Counted from the first letter of the stretch, positions 17,693 through 27,317 are shown. The stretch is DNA of 64,000 nt from a bacterium (GCA_035703895.1 DASSXJ010000113.1:4159-68158), one strand, 5' to 3'. Numbers and translations: made by a program. The notes: generated from the sequence alone by a model not told the origin.

Positions 17693-18120
17693 TCCATTCC
17701 CCCTAGCGGCCCGATCGAACCATTCGGCCGGCCCGGGACGGGCCCACCGCGATCTCCGAGCGCTTTCTACCGTTGGACGAAGTTTCGAGTGGGGGTTCAG
17801 TCCCACCCTATCGCTTCCCTTCTCAGGCGGTAGGTTGCGGGCCCGGGACTACGGGAGGTGGCGCGGGGCTTTTGGCATCCGATCTGCCGCCAATTTGCAC
17901 CAAATCGACCCTCTGTGCGATACTCTGGCGCAAAAGAGGCCCGTTTCAGTGAGATCGAAGGGATCGAGGGCCAGCTTCGGCGGGTGTCATGTGCCGATGA
18001 TGACCGCAATTGTGAAATCGGCATCGGGCCTGAGGGATGACTGTCTTATCTTGTGAAACCTCATGGTCTCGTGGTGTTCGATCTGGACGGCACAAAGCAG
18101 CATCATGACAAAGGCCCTGC

Positions 18121-19230
18121 ATGCTCCTTGATCTCCCGTTTAGGCTTCGAGACCATTCGGGTTTGGTACGGGTGACGGTTGAGCCGAACTCGGACCCCAT
18201 CCGCTGGGGCTGTGGGACGTATCTTGCGCATGATCAACTGAATGCCGCGCTTGGGTTCCCCGTCTGCATAGCGACCGTCGAGTATTCCGGCGAGGGCTAT
18301 CTGAGCCTCTTGGGATGGACGCAGATCGTCCGCAGTGGGCCGCCTGGCTGCGTGAGTTGGGAACTCGATCCGCTCGCAGTACTGAACGGCCTCGATGTAC
18401 CATTTGCCTTCTTCGGGTACACGCCCACACTGTTTGATGCGCCGGCCCGACAGGATCGATCAGTTGCGCTTGACTGGTTGGCGCACAGCTTCCTATGTGC
18501 CGTTCCTAGCCCGCGCGGCCCACGCATGGTTACCCCCCTCGTCGCGTTCTGTTGGGGTTTCCAATTGCGCGAAGGTAAGGTATCGATCGAAGGACCGTCG
18601 GCACTTGCTCTCAATGCATGGGACCAGCACGTGGGAATCTTACGCCGCACCTGTCCCAGTTGGACATTCTCCCCCGCGTCGATCGAGGGTGAAGTCCCTC
18701 AGGGCGATGAGGTGCCGGGAACCCGGGCCACGACCTTGTTCGGACCGCCACCGGCAACACTCCAAGTGTTGTTGGATGATCGCCAAGAACACGACTTCCC
18801 CAGCGTGACTCGCGTCTTAGGCGGACTGACGTCCACGCAAGCGTTCGCCGTGCGGCTTGGGGTGCCATACACGATTGCCCAAATTGTGGCCCACATGCTC
18901 GCCAACATGCGGTTCAACTTGGAGTTAATCTATGCTCAGGATCCAGCGTGCGTCGAGAAACCCGGTGAGCTTTGGCCCGAGGTGGCCGCGGATGAGTGGC
19001 CCGTCCTCAGCGACGAGTTTATCGCGACCCTCGAGGCCCTGAAGCACATTGCGAAGACGGACGATTTGGATCGAATCGTGCACCCGACGACGGCCAACGA
19101 ACCTGCATGGACCGTGGGCTACAAACTCGCGTGCAGTGTGGCGAAGCACAATGCGTACCACTTGGGCCAGATCGTGGCGCTACGACGACTCATCGGTGCC
19201 TGGAGGGATCCGGCGGGCCCAGCAAGATAG
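18121..19230 (+). CDS. hypothetical protein with C-terminal DinB_2/DinB-like four-helix-bundle domain
   Basis: 369 aa. The C-terminal ~150 aa (TIAQIVAHMLANMRFNLELI...AKHNAYHLGQIVALRRL) fit the DinB/YfiT-like metal-dependent family. The N-terminal 200 aa are unassigned. A TTGCAC-N18-GATACT promoter-like element sits about 230 nt upstream. Confidence 0.6.
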   Translation: MLLDLPFRLRDHSGLVRVTVEPNSDPIRWGCGTYLAHDQLNAALGFPVCIATVEYSGEGYLSLLGWTQIVRSGPPGCVSWELDPLAVLNGLDVPFAFFGYTPTLFDAPARQDRSVALDWLAHSFLCAVPSPRGPRMVTPLVAFCWGFQLREGKVSIEGPSALALNAWDQHVGILRRTCPSWTFSPASIEGEVPQGDEVPGTRATTLFGPPPATLQVLLDDRQEHDFPSVTRVLGGLTSTQAFAVRLGVPYTIAQIVAHMLANMRFNLELIYAQDPACVEKPGELWPEVAADEWPVLSDEFIATLEALKHIAKTDDLDRIVHPTTANEPAWTVGYKLACSVAKHNAYHLGQIVALRRLIGAWRDPAGPAR

Positions 19231-19530
19231 CCGAGCACGGCCGTGATAGCCGTTTGAGGTCAAAGTACGCGCTTAAGAATCCGGGAGCGTTCGTCGCAAT
19301 AGCCAGAAGAGCGTCCGGCTCTCTACCCTCGCTCGATGCATCCCCAGTTTTTCTAGTATCCGGAGCGAGCCCACATTGTCATCATCACATCTTGCGTCGG
19401 CCCGATTAGCTGCCCTGCTGTAACCGTGCCGACATCAATCCTGTCAGGTGCCTGATAGATCACCAGCATCGAGATCAGGTATAGATTGGTGCGTAGCCGC
19501 CCCGCACATTTGCATCCCCGGAGGTGACAG

Positions 19531-19704
19531 GTGAATAGAGTTCTGGCGATCCTCATCCTGGCGTTACTCTCACTGGTCGCTCTGTCGGCACCCGGTCATG
19601 CAGGCCAGGATGGACCGGGTCAGTCGGTCAAGGTAGGAACGCTCCCATCCCACCCCATAGCTCCGCCACCAATTCCGTTCGGCCAGGACGGACCTGGCCA
19701 GTAA
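19531..19704 (+). CDS. small secreted proline-rich peptide (57 aa) with GQDGPGQ at both ends of the predicted mature part
   Basis: GTG start preceded by GGAGGTGA (4 nt spacer). Translation VNRVLAILILALLSLVALSAPGHA|GQDGPGQSVKVGTLPSHPIAPPPIPFGQDGPGQ, stop TAA at 19702-19704. It has a classic n-h-c signal peptide with a GHA|G cleavage site. It is absent from the ORF track because it is shorter than 60 aa. Confidence 0.45.
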   Translation: MNRVLAILILALLSLVALSAPGHAGQDGPGQSVKVGTLPSHPIAPPPIPFGQDGPGQ

Positions 19705-19780
19705 ATCCAGGTTCCTGTTATCCTGATTCGACGCTCCAACGGCATTCGCGGGGCGGCTACCGCGACGCCAGACGTCCCGA

Positions 19781-20944
19781 TCAACTGAGCTGCCGTCGGA
19801 ACCGCCAAACGCTCAAAGAAACGAGTACGGCCGTAAAGAGGAGCAACGCCACCAGATTCGGCCAGAGCGCGTCGAGCCCGGTGCCTCTGAGCATCGCGCC
19901 CCGGGTAATGCGGCCGAAGTGGTAGATGGGGTTCAGGACGGTGAACGGCTGCAACCAACGCGGCATCGCCTCTACGGGCGTGAGCGCGCCAGACAGGGAC
20001 GCGAGCGGCGGGTTCACAAAGAAAATCGTCAACTGCGCCTGTTGCGCGGACTTCGTGAAGGTCGCGATCATGGTCCCGATCCCGATGCCGGAGAGCAGGC
20101 ACAGCAGAGCGCCGCCGAGCACGAGCAGGAGGCTGCCGCGAAACGGCACCTGGAACACTACCCGACTCAGCCCCAGCGAGAGCAGCGCCATCGCGAACAG
20201 CAGCACCACGAGCGGGGCAACCTTGGCCAGGATGATCTCCGCCGTCGTGGCCGGGGACATCAGAAGCTGCTCGATCGTCCCGACCTCCCGCTCCTTGAGC
20301 ATGACCGTCGAGGCGACGATGGCGCCGTTGAGAATCAGGAGGATGCCCAGCACTCCGGTGGCAATAAACCACGTGCTCACGAGACCGGGGTTGAAGAGGA
20401 AGGCCGGATCGAGCTCGACGGATCCTCGACGGCTCACCGGCTGCGCGGCGATCTGCTGAAAGCGGACGTGCAGACCCTGCGCCGCGAGCCCGGCGTTGTA
20501 CGCTGCGATAACCCCTTCCGCGTACCCCCGGCTGATCTGGGCGGTGTTCACGTTCATCGCGTTGAGCAGGAACTGCACGGTGGTGGGCCGGCCGCGCACG
20601 AGGGTGCGGGCGTAGTCGTACGGAATCACGATACCGGCATCGGCCACCCCACGGCTGATGGCGTCCCCCAGCCGATCGGCCGAGAGGTAATAGCCGGCCA
20701 AGCGGAAGCTCTGGCTCTGCGTGAGCACGGCCACCAACTCGCGGCTCTCCGGTGTCCGGCTCTCGTCCACCACGCCTAGGGCCACGTCGGCCACGGTAGA
20801 ATTCAGCACGGAGCCAAACACCAGGAGTTGGAGCACGGGGGCTACGGCGAGCGAGAAGACCAGGCGCCGGTCGCGCAGGATCTGCCGAAACTCCTTCGCG
20901 GCGAGGGCCCGCCACCGGTCGGATAGGAAGGCGCGCAGGAACAT
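19781..20944 (-). CDS. ABC-2 type transporter permease
   Basis: 387 aa with an N-terminal cytoplasmic segment, a large loop and six C-terminal TM helices (ABC2_membrane_3-like). Last gene of the TetR-HlyD-ABC operon. The 497-aa ORF in the alternative frame on the same strand is rejected. Confidence 0.85.
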   Translation of the reverse strand: MFLRAFLSDRWRALAAKEFRQILRDRRLVFSLAVAPVLQLLVFGSVLNSTVADVALGVVDESRTPESRELVAVLTQSQSFRLAGYYLSADRLGDAISRGVADAGIVIPYDYARTLVRGRPTTVQFLLNAMNVNTAQISRGYAEGVIAAYNAGLAAQGLHVRFQQIAAQPVSRRGSVELDPAFLFNPGLVSTWFIATGVLGILLILNGAIVASTVMLKEREVGTIEQLLMSPATTAEIILAKVAPLVVLLFAMALLSLGLSRVVFQVPFRGSLLLVLGGALLCLLSGIGIGTMIATFTKSAQQAQLTIFFVNPPLASLSGALTPVEAMPRWLQPFTVLNPIYHFGRITRGAMLRGTGLDALWPNLVALLLFTAVLVSLSVWRFRRQLS

Positions 20945-20956
20945 CGTCGGAGGCAC

Positions 20957-22063
20957 CTAGTCCGACAGCTGCATGCGGTGGATGGTCCGCCAGGCCAGCG
21001 CGTAGAAGATCCCGCCGATCACGCCGGGGATCAGGACTTTGTACCACACCGCCGGCCACCCGCCGCCCTGGAGGAGCGCGTCGCGCACGACCTCGATATA
21101 GTACCGTCCCCACACCAAGTTACTGATCCATCGGAGGCCCGCGGGGATGTTCGTGATCGGGAACAAGAGTCCCGACAGGAGCATCACGAGGAGGAATCCG
21201 CCGAGAGACACCGCCTGCAGTGCGGCGGCCTGGTTGGGCACGGCGGCCCCGACCATCGTGCCGAAGGCCACCACGCAGAAGGCATACAATATCGTGGCCA
21301 CGAAAAACGGCGTCGGGTCCCCGGCGAAGCTGAGCCCGAAGTATGTGAAGAGCAGGAGGAGCAGGATCAGCGCTTCGGCCAGCGCCACGGCCATGAACGC
21401 GAAGATCTTCCCGAGCAGGAACTCACTGCCGGAGATGCTGGACACATAGACCTGCAGGATCGTCTTCTGTTCGCCCTCTTTCGCCATCGCGAGTGTGGCC
21501 AGCAGGGCCGGGAACATCGAGAGCCCCAATACGAAGATGCCCGGCCCATAGAACTTCTTGGACGATTCGCCGGGATTGTACCACAGCCGGATCGCCGCCT
21601 GTACCGGCGCGGGGCGCGTTGCGCCCACCGTTCGATCGTTGTACGCTCGCACGATGCTGGCGGCATCGCCCGAGATCAGCTTGGCCGTGTTCGCGTCCGC
21701 ACCATCCACCAGGAGCTGCGCGGCGGCCGGAACGCCGCGGGCGATGTCGCGGCCAAAGCGGGCGGGAATGATCAGCGCCGCGCGCGCCGTGTTCGTCGTG
21801 AGCGCCTGCTCTGGCGCCCGGTCGACGGGCCACGGCACGAGGTGGAATGTGAGGGAGGCGCGGAACGCGTCGAGGAACTCGTGTGATGCAGCGGAATCGT
21901 CGAGGTCCTGCACCGCAAGAGGGACATTGGTAACCGACAGCGAGAACGCCGTGCCCAGCAGCAAGAGGAGCCCCACTGGCAGCCCGAGGGCCAGCGCGAG
22001 CGACAGCCGGTCCCGCAGGAATTGGGTCAGCTCCTTGCGGGTTTGCGCCAGCGTCCGTCTCAT
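20957..22063 (-). CDS. ABC-2 type transporter permease
   Basis: 368 aa, paralogous in architecture to the downstream permease. Immediately follows the ATPase gene. Confidence 0.85.
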   Translation of the reverse strand: MRRTLAQTRKELTQFLRDRLSLALALGLPVGLLLLLGTAFSLSVTNVPLAVQDLDDSAASHEFLDAFRASLTFHLVPWPVDRAPEQALTTNTARAALIIPARFGRDIARGVPAAAQLLVDGADANTAKLISGDAASIVRAYNDRTVGATRPAPVQAAIRLWYNPGESSKKFYGPGIFVLGLSMFPALLATLAMAKEGEQKTILQVYVSSISGSEFLLGKIFAFMAVALAEALILLLLLFTYFGLSFAGDPTPFFVATILYAFCVVAFGTMVGAAVPNQAAALQAVSLGGFLLVMLLSGLLFPITNIPAGLRWISNLVWGRYYIEVVRDALLQGGGWPAVWYKVLIPGVIGGIFYALAWRTIHRMQLSD

Positions 22064-22067
22064 CGGT

Positions 22068-24092
22068 TCACGCGCTCTCCTCGGACACCCGGCCCTGCTC
22101 TCGCGCCTGCTCTACGACGCTGATGAAGACGTCCTCAAGGGAGAACCGTCCCTCCCGGGCGTTGATGACGCGGACCCCGTTCGCCTGCAGGACCCCGGCG
22201 GTCGCGCGCATGGCCCGCTCCGCGTCCTCCTCGGTGATGACGTGGAGCCGATCCCCGAACAGCGAGACCCGCCAGGGCGCGGTGCCTTCCTTCAACACGT
22301 CCGCCGCGCGCTGCGGGGAATCCACACGGAATTCCAGCAGGTGGCTGTGGGCCATCTCCCGCCGCTTGATGTCGCTCGGCGGACCTTCCACGACGAGCTC
22401 GCCGGCCACCATCAGCCCGATCCGGTTGCACTGCTCTGCTTCCTCGAGGTAGTGCGTCGTGACCAAAATCGCGGTGCCGGCGTCGGCGAGCTGGTTGATC
22501 ATGCCCCAGAAGGCGCGACGCGCTAGGGGATCGACGCCCGAGGTCGGCTCGTCGAGGAAGAGGACGCTCGGCTCGTGCATGATCGCCGCACCGAAGGCGA
22601 CGCGCTGTTTCCACCCCCCGGGCAGGCTTGCTGTCATCTGGTCTTGCTTCCCCTCGAGTCCGGAAAATGCGAGCACCCAGCGCGCCTTCTCCTCGCGCTC
22701 GTCGTCCGGCACGCCGTAGACGCCCGCGAAGAACCTGAGGTTCTCCGCTATCGTGAGGTCGTTGTACAGCGAGAATTTCTGCGACATGTAGCCGACCCGC
22801 TGGCGTACCTGGGGCGAGCGCACGGTGCCCCGTTCACCCGCCAGTTCGACCTGTCCGCTTGTGGGGTCGAGGAGGCCGCACAGCATCTTGATCGTCGTCG
22901 TCTTGCCTGCGCCGTTGGCGCCCAGGAGGCCGTAGATCTCGCCGTAGCGCACTTGGATGGCGACGTCCGCGACGGCCGTGAAGCTCCCGAACCGTTTCGT
23001 CAGCCTCGTGGCCCCGATCGCGGTCCGGCCGCGCGTGCCGGCGTGGTCGTGCCGCTGGGGGAAGGGTGCGGCAGCGGGTTCCTGGCCTAGGCCGCGCAGC
23101 GTCGCGACGAATGTGTTCTCGAGTGTGGGCTCATCGACGCGCATCTCCTCGATGGGCACGCCTGCGCGGCCCATCGTCTCCTCGACGAGGCGCCGCGCAT
23201 CATCCGCGTTGTGGACGAGGAGGTCGAGGCGGTCGCCAAATCGCTGGACATCGATGATCTCGCGGCCGGGGCCGCTGGTCTCCATCAGGGCGTGCTCGGC
23301 ATCGCTCAGCGCCGTGGTGCGGAATTCGATCCGTTGGGCGTGCAGGCTCGCCCGCAGCTCCGCCGGAGGTCCCAACTGGTGAATCACACCGAGGTGCATG
23401 AGCGCCACCCGGTGGCAGCGCTCGGCCTCATCAAGGTAGGGAGTGGCGATCAGAATCGTCAGGCCGTCTGCGGCGAGGTGCGCGAGCGCATCCCAGAACT
23501 CGCGGCGTGAGACCGGGTCCACACCGGTCGTCGGCTCGTCCAGCAGCAGCACCTTGGGCTGGGGTACGAGGGCGCAGGCCAGCGCGAGCTTTTGCTTCAT
23601 GCCGCCGCTGAGCTGTCCGGCCAGCCGGTCCGCGAATCGATCCATGTCGAACAACCGGAGATACCGGCGGCCCCGTTCCGTGATATCCCGGAGCGGCACC
23701 TGCCGCAGATCGCCGACATACCGGAGGTTCTCTGCGACGCTTAAATCCGGGTAGAGGCTAAACGTCTGGGTCAGATACCCCGTTTGCGCACGGGCCTCGC
23801 GCGCGGGGCGTCCGAATACCTCCGCGGTCCCTGCCGTGGCCTCCATGACGCCGGCCAGAATCTGGAAGGTCGAGGTCTTGCCTGCGCCGTCCGGGCCGAT
23901 CACGCCGAAGATCTCCCCTGCGCGGACGTCAAACGCGATGCCCCGGACGGCCTCGATCGATCCATAGCGCTTCCACAGGCCGCTGACGCGAATCGCCGTG
24001 CCCGCCGGCGTGGCCTCGGCGCGTTCGTTGACGGTGGAGACGGCGCCCCCGGCCATCACTGACTGTGCCAGCCCTTCCAGCCCGGCGGCCAC
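22068..24092 (-). CDS. ABC transporter ATP-binding protein with two tandem ATPase domains (RbbA/YhiH-like)
   Basis: Two complete sets of Walker A motifs (GPDGAGKTS / GANGAGKTT), signature motifs (LSGGMKQK / LPGGWKQR) and Walker B motifs (LLLDEPT / LFLDEPT). Confidence 0.9.
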   Translation of the reverse strand: MAAGLEGLAQSVMAGGAVSTVNERAEATPAGTAIRVSGLWKRYGSIEAVRGIAFDVRAGEIFGVIGPDGAGKTSTFQILAGVMEATAGTAEVFGRPAREARAQTGYLTQTFSLYPDLSVAENLRYVGDLRQVPLRDITERGRRYLRLFDMDRFADRLAGQLSGGMKQKLALACALVPQPKVLLLDEPTTGVDPVSRREFWDALAHLAADGLTILIATPYLDEAERCHRVALMHLGVIHQLGPPAELRASLHAQRIEFRTTALSDAEHALMETSGPGREIIDVQRFGDRLDLLVHNADDARRLVEETMGRAGVPIEEMRVDEPTLENTFVATLRGLGQEPAAAPFPQRHDHAGTRGRTAIGATRLTKRFGSFTAVADVAIQVRYGEIYGLLGANGAGKTTTIKMLCGLLDPTSGQVELAGERGTVRSPQVRQRVGYMSQKFSLYNDLTIAENLRFFAGVYGVPDDEREEKARWVLAFSGLEGKQDQMTASLPGGWKQRVAFGAAIMHEPSVLFLDEPTSGVDPLARRAFWGMINQLADAGTAILVTTHYLEEAEQCNRIGLMVAGELVVEGPPSDIKRREMAHSHLLEFRVDSPQRAADVLKEGTAPWRVSLFGDRLHVITEEDAERAMRATAGVLQANGVRVINAREGRFSLEDVFISVVEQAREQGRVSEESA

Positions 24093-25321
24093 GCACCCCC
24101 GCTCACCAGGATCTCGCCGTCGGCCGGCATGCCCGGCTTGGCGAGGCCGGTCGCGCCCTTGAGTTGCAGCTTGACGCCAACGACCTGCTTGACGCGGTCC
24201 TGGCGAAAGTAGGTGTTTTCCGGCGTGAACGTGGCCTGAGGATCGATGCGGAGGACCAAGGCGTCGACGGCCCGATTCGGATTCGAATCGAGGTACACGT
24301 GCGCCGGCTGCCCGATCTTGACCTTGCCGATCTGCCCCTCAGGGATAAACCCACGCAGATAGACCTGGCTCAGGTCGAGGAGCGTGACGATTGACGTCCC
24401 AGCGGTCACGACCTCGCCCGGCTCGGCGGAGCGCGTGATCACCGTTCCGCCGAAGGGGGCGCGAACCACGAGATCCTGCCGGTTGGCCTCCGCCTGCGCC
24501 AACGCCGCACGGGCCTGCGCCACCTGGGCGGTGGCGCTCCCGATCGTCGCGTGCTGCTGGACGATCTGCTTCTCTACGGCGGCCATCTGGGCGCCGCGGA
24601 TCCCAGGATTGGCGAGGTTGGCACGGGACGCCGTCAAGGCACCCTTCGCGGCCGCCACGCGCCGCTGTGCCGCCGCGAGCGCCGCCCCCTGCGCCTCGGC
24701 CGCCGTGACGGCCTGCACACGCTGCTGTTCCGATACGGCGCCCTGCTGGGCGAGCCGTGTGAACGCGTTCCGGTTAAAAACCGCATTTTCGTAGGCGGCG
24801 CGCTGTTGGGCCACGTCGGCTTCGGCCGCGGCCAGGTCCGCCTCGCCCTGCCGTACCCGGCCCTCGGCGTCGGTCACCGCTTGTGCCATGAGGAGCTGAT
24901 TCTGTTGCAGCTGCTGCTGGAGTACCGCGATCTGGTCGTTGGCGGCCTGCGCCCGCGCCTCCGCATCCCGCAAGGATGCCCGGGCCTGGTCCTCTTGGGC
25001 CCGGAGTTGTACGTCATCGAGAATCGCGATGACGTCCCCCGCCCGCACGCTGTCGCCTTCGCGCACCCGGACGTCTAAGATCTTCCCCGCCACCTTCGGG
25101 GCGATCGCTGAGTCGTCGCCCTCGATCCGGCCACTGAGCGTGACGATGCTGTCCGGCACCGGAGGCACGGCAAAGTACGTGCGCCAGACGTAGACGCCGA
25201 GGCCGGCGAGCACCACGAGCGCAATGAGCCCGAGCGACCGCCGACGCGCGTGCGGCCGCGCCGCGGAGGGGGCGACCGGTGGCGCCTGCGCGGGAGCGTG
25301 AGCAGCGTCCTGGGCCGTCAT
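24056..25321 (-). CDS. HlyD-family secretion/efflux periplasmic adaptor protein
   Basis: N-terminal TM anchor (LGLIALVVLAGLGVYVW), a long coiled-coil region rich in A/Q/E, and a C-terminal beta-barrel region (VYLRGFIPEGQIGKVKIGQPA). Start chosen at ATG 25321, overlapping the TetR stop. The upstream part of the ORF to 25522 is unlikely. Confidence 0.85.
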   Translation of the reverse strand: MTAQDAAHAPAQAPPVAPSAARPHARRRSLGLIALVVLAGLGVYVWRTYFAVPPVPDSIVTLSGRIEGDDSAIAPKVAGKILDVRVREGDSVRAGDVIAILDDVQLRAQEDQARASLRDAEARAQAANDQIAVLQQQLQQNQLLMAQAVTDAEGRVRQGEADLAAAEADVAQQRAAYENAVFNRNAFTRLAQQGAVSEQQRVQAVTAAEAQGAALAAAQRRVAAAKGALTASRANLANPGIRGAQMAAVEKQIVQQHATIGSATAQVAQARAALAQAEANRQDLVVRAPFGGTVITRSAEPGEVVTAGTSIVTLLDLSQVYLRGFIPEGQIGKVKIGQPAHVYLDSNPNRAVDALVLRIDPQATFTPENTYFRQDRVKQVVGVKLQLKGATGLAKPGMPADGEILVSGGAWPPGWKGWHSQ

Positions 25322-26037
25322 GTCCGCCTCCGAACGGGTATGGACGACGCGCGCCCACGCCAGGACTTGAACGCCTGGAGATATGCCAGCGAAAAGTCGG
25401 CGATGTGATCCGCGATCCGGTCCACCTGCGCAGGCGTCATCTTCAATTCCGGCCACAACCTCGCCAGAATCGGGCGCGCCACGACGTAGTGGACGATCTG
25501 CCCGATGACGCTGTGCGTGCACAGCCGCGTGGTGTCGTGATCGCGCGGCAGCCCCAGGATGGCTCCGACGATGTCCCTGAGGCGATCGTACATCGGCCGC
25601 AGGGCCTCATTCACGACGCGGGACATGGCCGGGGTAGGCTGCGCGAATTCATGGGCCATCAACAGCACGAGCCGCGCCGGCCGATCTCCCTCCCCCACGC
25701 CCCGAAGCCTGAGTTTGATCAAGCGCCTGAGGGCCTGCTCGGGCGGGACGTTCTGGCCCGCCACCGAGCGCATGGGCTCGAGCTGATCCCCACGCACCGC
25801 GTTCCGCAGCACCTCGGTATACAGTCCCAACTTGTCTCCGAAGTGATAGTTGACGGCCGCGATGTTGGCCCCCGCCCGCGCGCAAATCTCGCGGACGGTT
25901 GCGTCGTGGAACCCGCGCTCCGCGAAGACCGCGCCGGCGGCATCGAGCAGCTTCGCGTGGGTAGGATCGCCGGCGCGTGCCTTCGCCGGCTCCCCCTCTG
26001 GGGATCGCCTCGCCTGAAGATTCGGCATTTCAAACAC
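25318..26037 (-). CDS. TetR/AcrR-family transcriptional regulator
   Basis: The N-terminal HTH LLDAAGAVFAERGFHDATVREICARAGANIAAVNYHFGDK is the TetR_N signature. First gene of the efflux operon. Confidence 0.85.
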   Translation of the reverse strand: MFEMPNLQARRSPEGEPAKARAGDPTHAKLLDAAGAVFAERGFHDATVREICARAGANIAAVNYHFGDKLGLYTEVLRNAVRGDQLEPMRSVAGQNVPPEQALRRLIKLRLRGVGEGDRPARLVLLMAHEFAQPTPAMSRVVNEALRPMYDRLRDIVGAILGLPRDHDTTRLCTHSVIGQIVHYVVARPILARLWPELKMTPAQVDRIADHIADFSLAYLQAFKSWRGRASSIPVRRRT

Positions 26038-26145
26038 CAGTTTAAATCATGCATTTTAGAAAGTCAAGCCCCGTGATGTTATCATGGACGGCGGACACTC
26101 TTCGTCCCCGCGCCATGTAGAACGTCATCCAGTTCGGGTTACATC

Positions 26146-26691
26146 GTGCCGACGTACACTGCGATGCTGCGAGGAATGAATGTGAGCGGACACAACACCA
26201 TCCGCATGGAACATCTTCGTGCATTGTGCGCGGCGTTGGGATTTCGGAATGTCGAGACGTACGTCCAGAGCGGCAACATCGTTTTCCGAGCCCCTTCGAC
26301 GTCGCCATCCTTGCTCTCGAAGCGCATCAGCGAAGCCATTCTCCGTGACGTGGGCTTCTCCGTGCCCGTCCTCGTCAAGACACGGCGAGAAATGGGCATC
26401 GTGATCAAGCGCAACCCGTTCTTGAAAGAACACGGCATCGATCGATCGAAGCTGCACGTCACGTTTCTTTCAACGGTCGTGTCAAAAAGCGCTCTGGGGA
26501 ACCTGGACGGCCTTTCCACCACACCAGATCGGTTTTCCCTTCGCGGCCGGGAAATCTACCTGTATTGTCCCGGCGGGTATGGCAAGACCAAGCTCTCCAA
26601 TGCCGCGTTTGAAAAAGCGCTGTCAGTCAGCGCGACGACTCGGAACTGGAACACCGTCACCACATTATTTGAAATGGCCTCGAAACTCTGA
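26146..26691 (+). CDS. DUF1697 family protein
   Basis: N-terminus YTAMLRGMNVSGHNTIRMEHLRALCAALGFRNVETYVQSGNIVF matches the DUF1697 pattern. The region has visibly lower GC than its flanks. Confidence 0.75.
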   Translation: MPTYTAMLRGMNVSGHNTIRMEHLRALCAALGFRNVETYVQSGNIVFRAPSTSPSLLSKRISEAILRDVGFSVPVLVKTRREMGIVIKRNPFLKEHGIDRSKLHVTFLSTVVSKSALGNLDGLSTTPDRFSLRGREIYLYCPGGYGKTKLSNAAFEKALSVSATTRNWNTVTTLFEMASKL

Positions 26692-27251
26692 TGAAAATCC
26701 TGAGCTTCGCATCTTCGCGTGTGTTCCGGACCTGGCTTGCCAAACACCATCGCCAACCGGACGGCATCTGGCTGCGCATTTACAAAAAGGACTCGGGCGT
26801 CGCCACCGTGACGTATGCAGAGGCGCTTGATCAAGCCCTGTGCTTTGGTTGGATTGATGGACAAAAACAGCCCTTGAACTCCCGATCCTGGCTACAGAAA
26901 TTCACGCCGAGGCGCCCCAAAAGCGGATGGTCCAAGATCAATACGCGGCATGCCCACCGCCTCATGAAATCCGGGGACATGGCCCCCGCCGGGCTGAACG
27001 AGGTGAACGCCGCCAAGGCGGATGGTCGATGGCAGGCTGCCTATGATTCATCCAGCAGCCCCGTCGTGCCGGATGACTTTCTCAGGGCGCTCGGGAAAAA
27101 CAAGGAGGCGCACACCTTCTTTAAAACGCTCAACAAGGCGAATGTGTATTCGATAACGTACCGGCTCCAGACGGCAAAGAAGCCTGAAACCAGAGAGAAG
27201 CGAACGCGAGCGATCGTGGAGATGCTGGCCCGGGGAGAGAAGTTTCATTGA
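26691..27251 (+). CDS. YdeI/OmpD-associated family protein (bacteriocin-protection-like)
   Basis: FRTWLAKHH...IWLRIYKK...AEALDQALCFGWIDGQK...PRRPKSGWSKIN are hallmark segments of the YdeI_or_OmpD-assoc family. ATGA overlap with the upstream gene. Confidence 0.75.
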   Translation: MKILSFASSRVFRTWLAKHHRQPDGIWLRIYKKDSGVATVTYAEALDQALCFGWIDGQKQPLNSRSWLQKFTPRRPKSGWSKINTRHAHRLMKSGDMAPAGLNEVNAAKADGRWQAAYDSSSSPVVPDDFLRALGKNKEAHTFFKTLNKANVYSITYRLQTAKKPETREKRTRAIVEMLARGEKFH

Positions 27252-27317
27252 ATCACGATGTCATGCACCGAGCCGAGGCGCATGCGGATGTCACACGGTG
27301 AGGGAGCGTCACGTGCA

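Noticed and set aside
19620-21113. 497-aa ORF on the minus strand overlapping the ABC-2 permease genes. Similar long alternative-frame ORFs occur at 1926-3401, 15333-16436, 28528-30060, 30435-32267, 36785-38923, 45110-47173 and 57822-59636.
   Set aside because: Their translations are Arg/Pro/Gly/Ala-rich and low in complexity. They lie antisense to, or frame-shifted against, genes with clear family signatures. Such stop-free alternative frames are expected in very GC-rich DNA.
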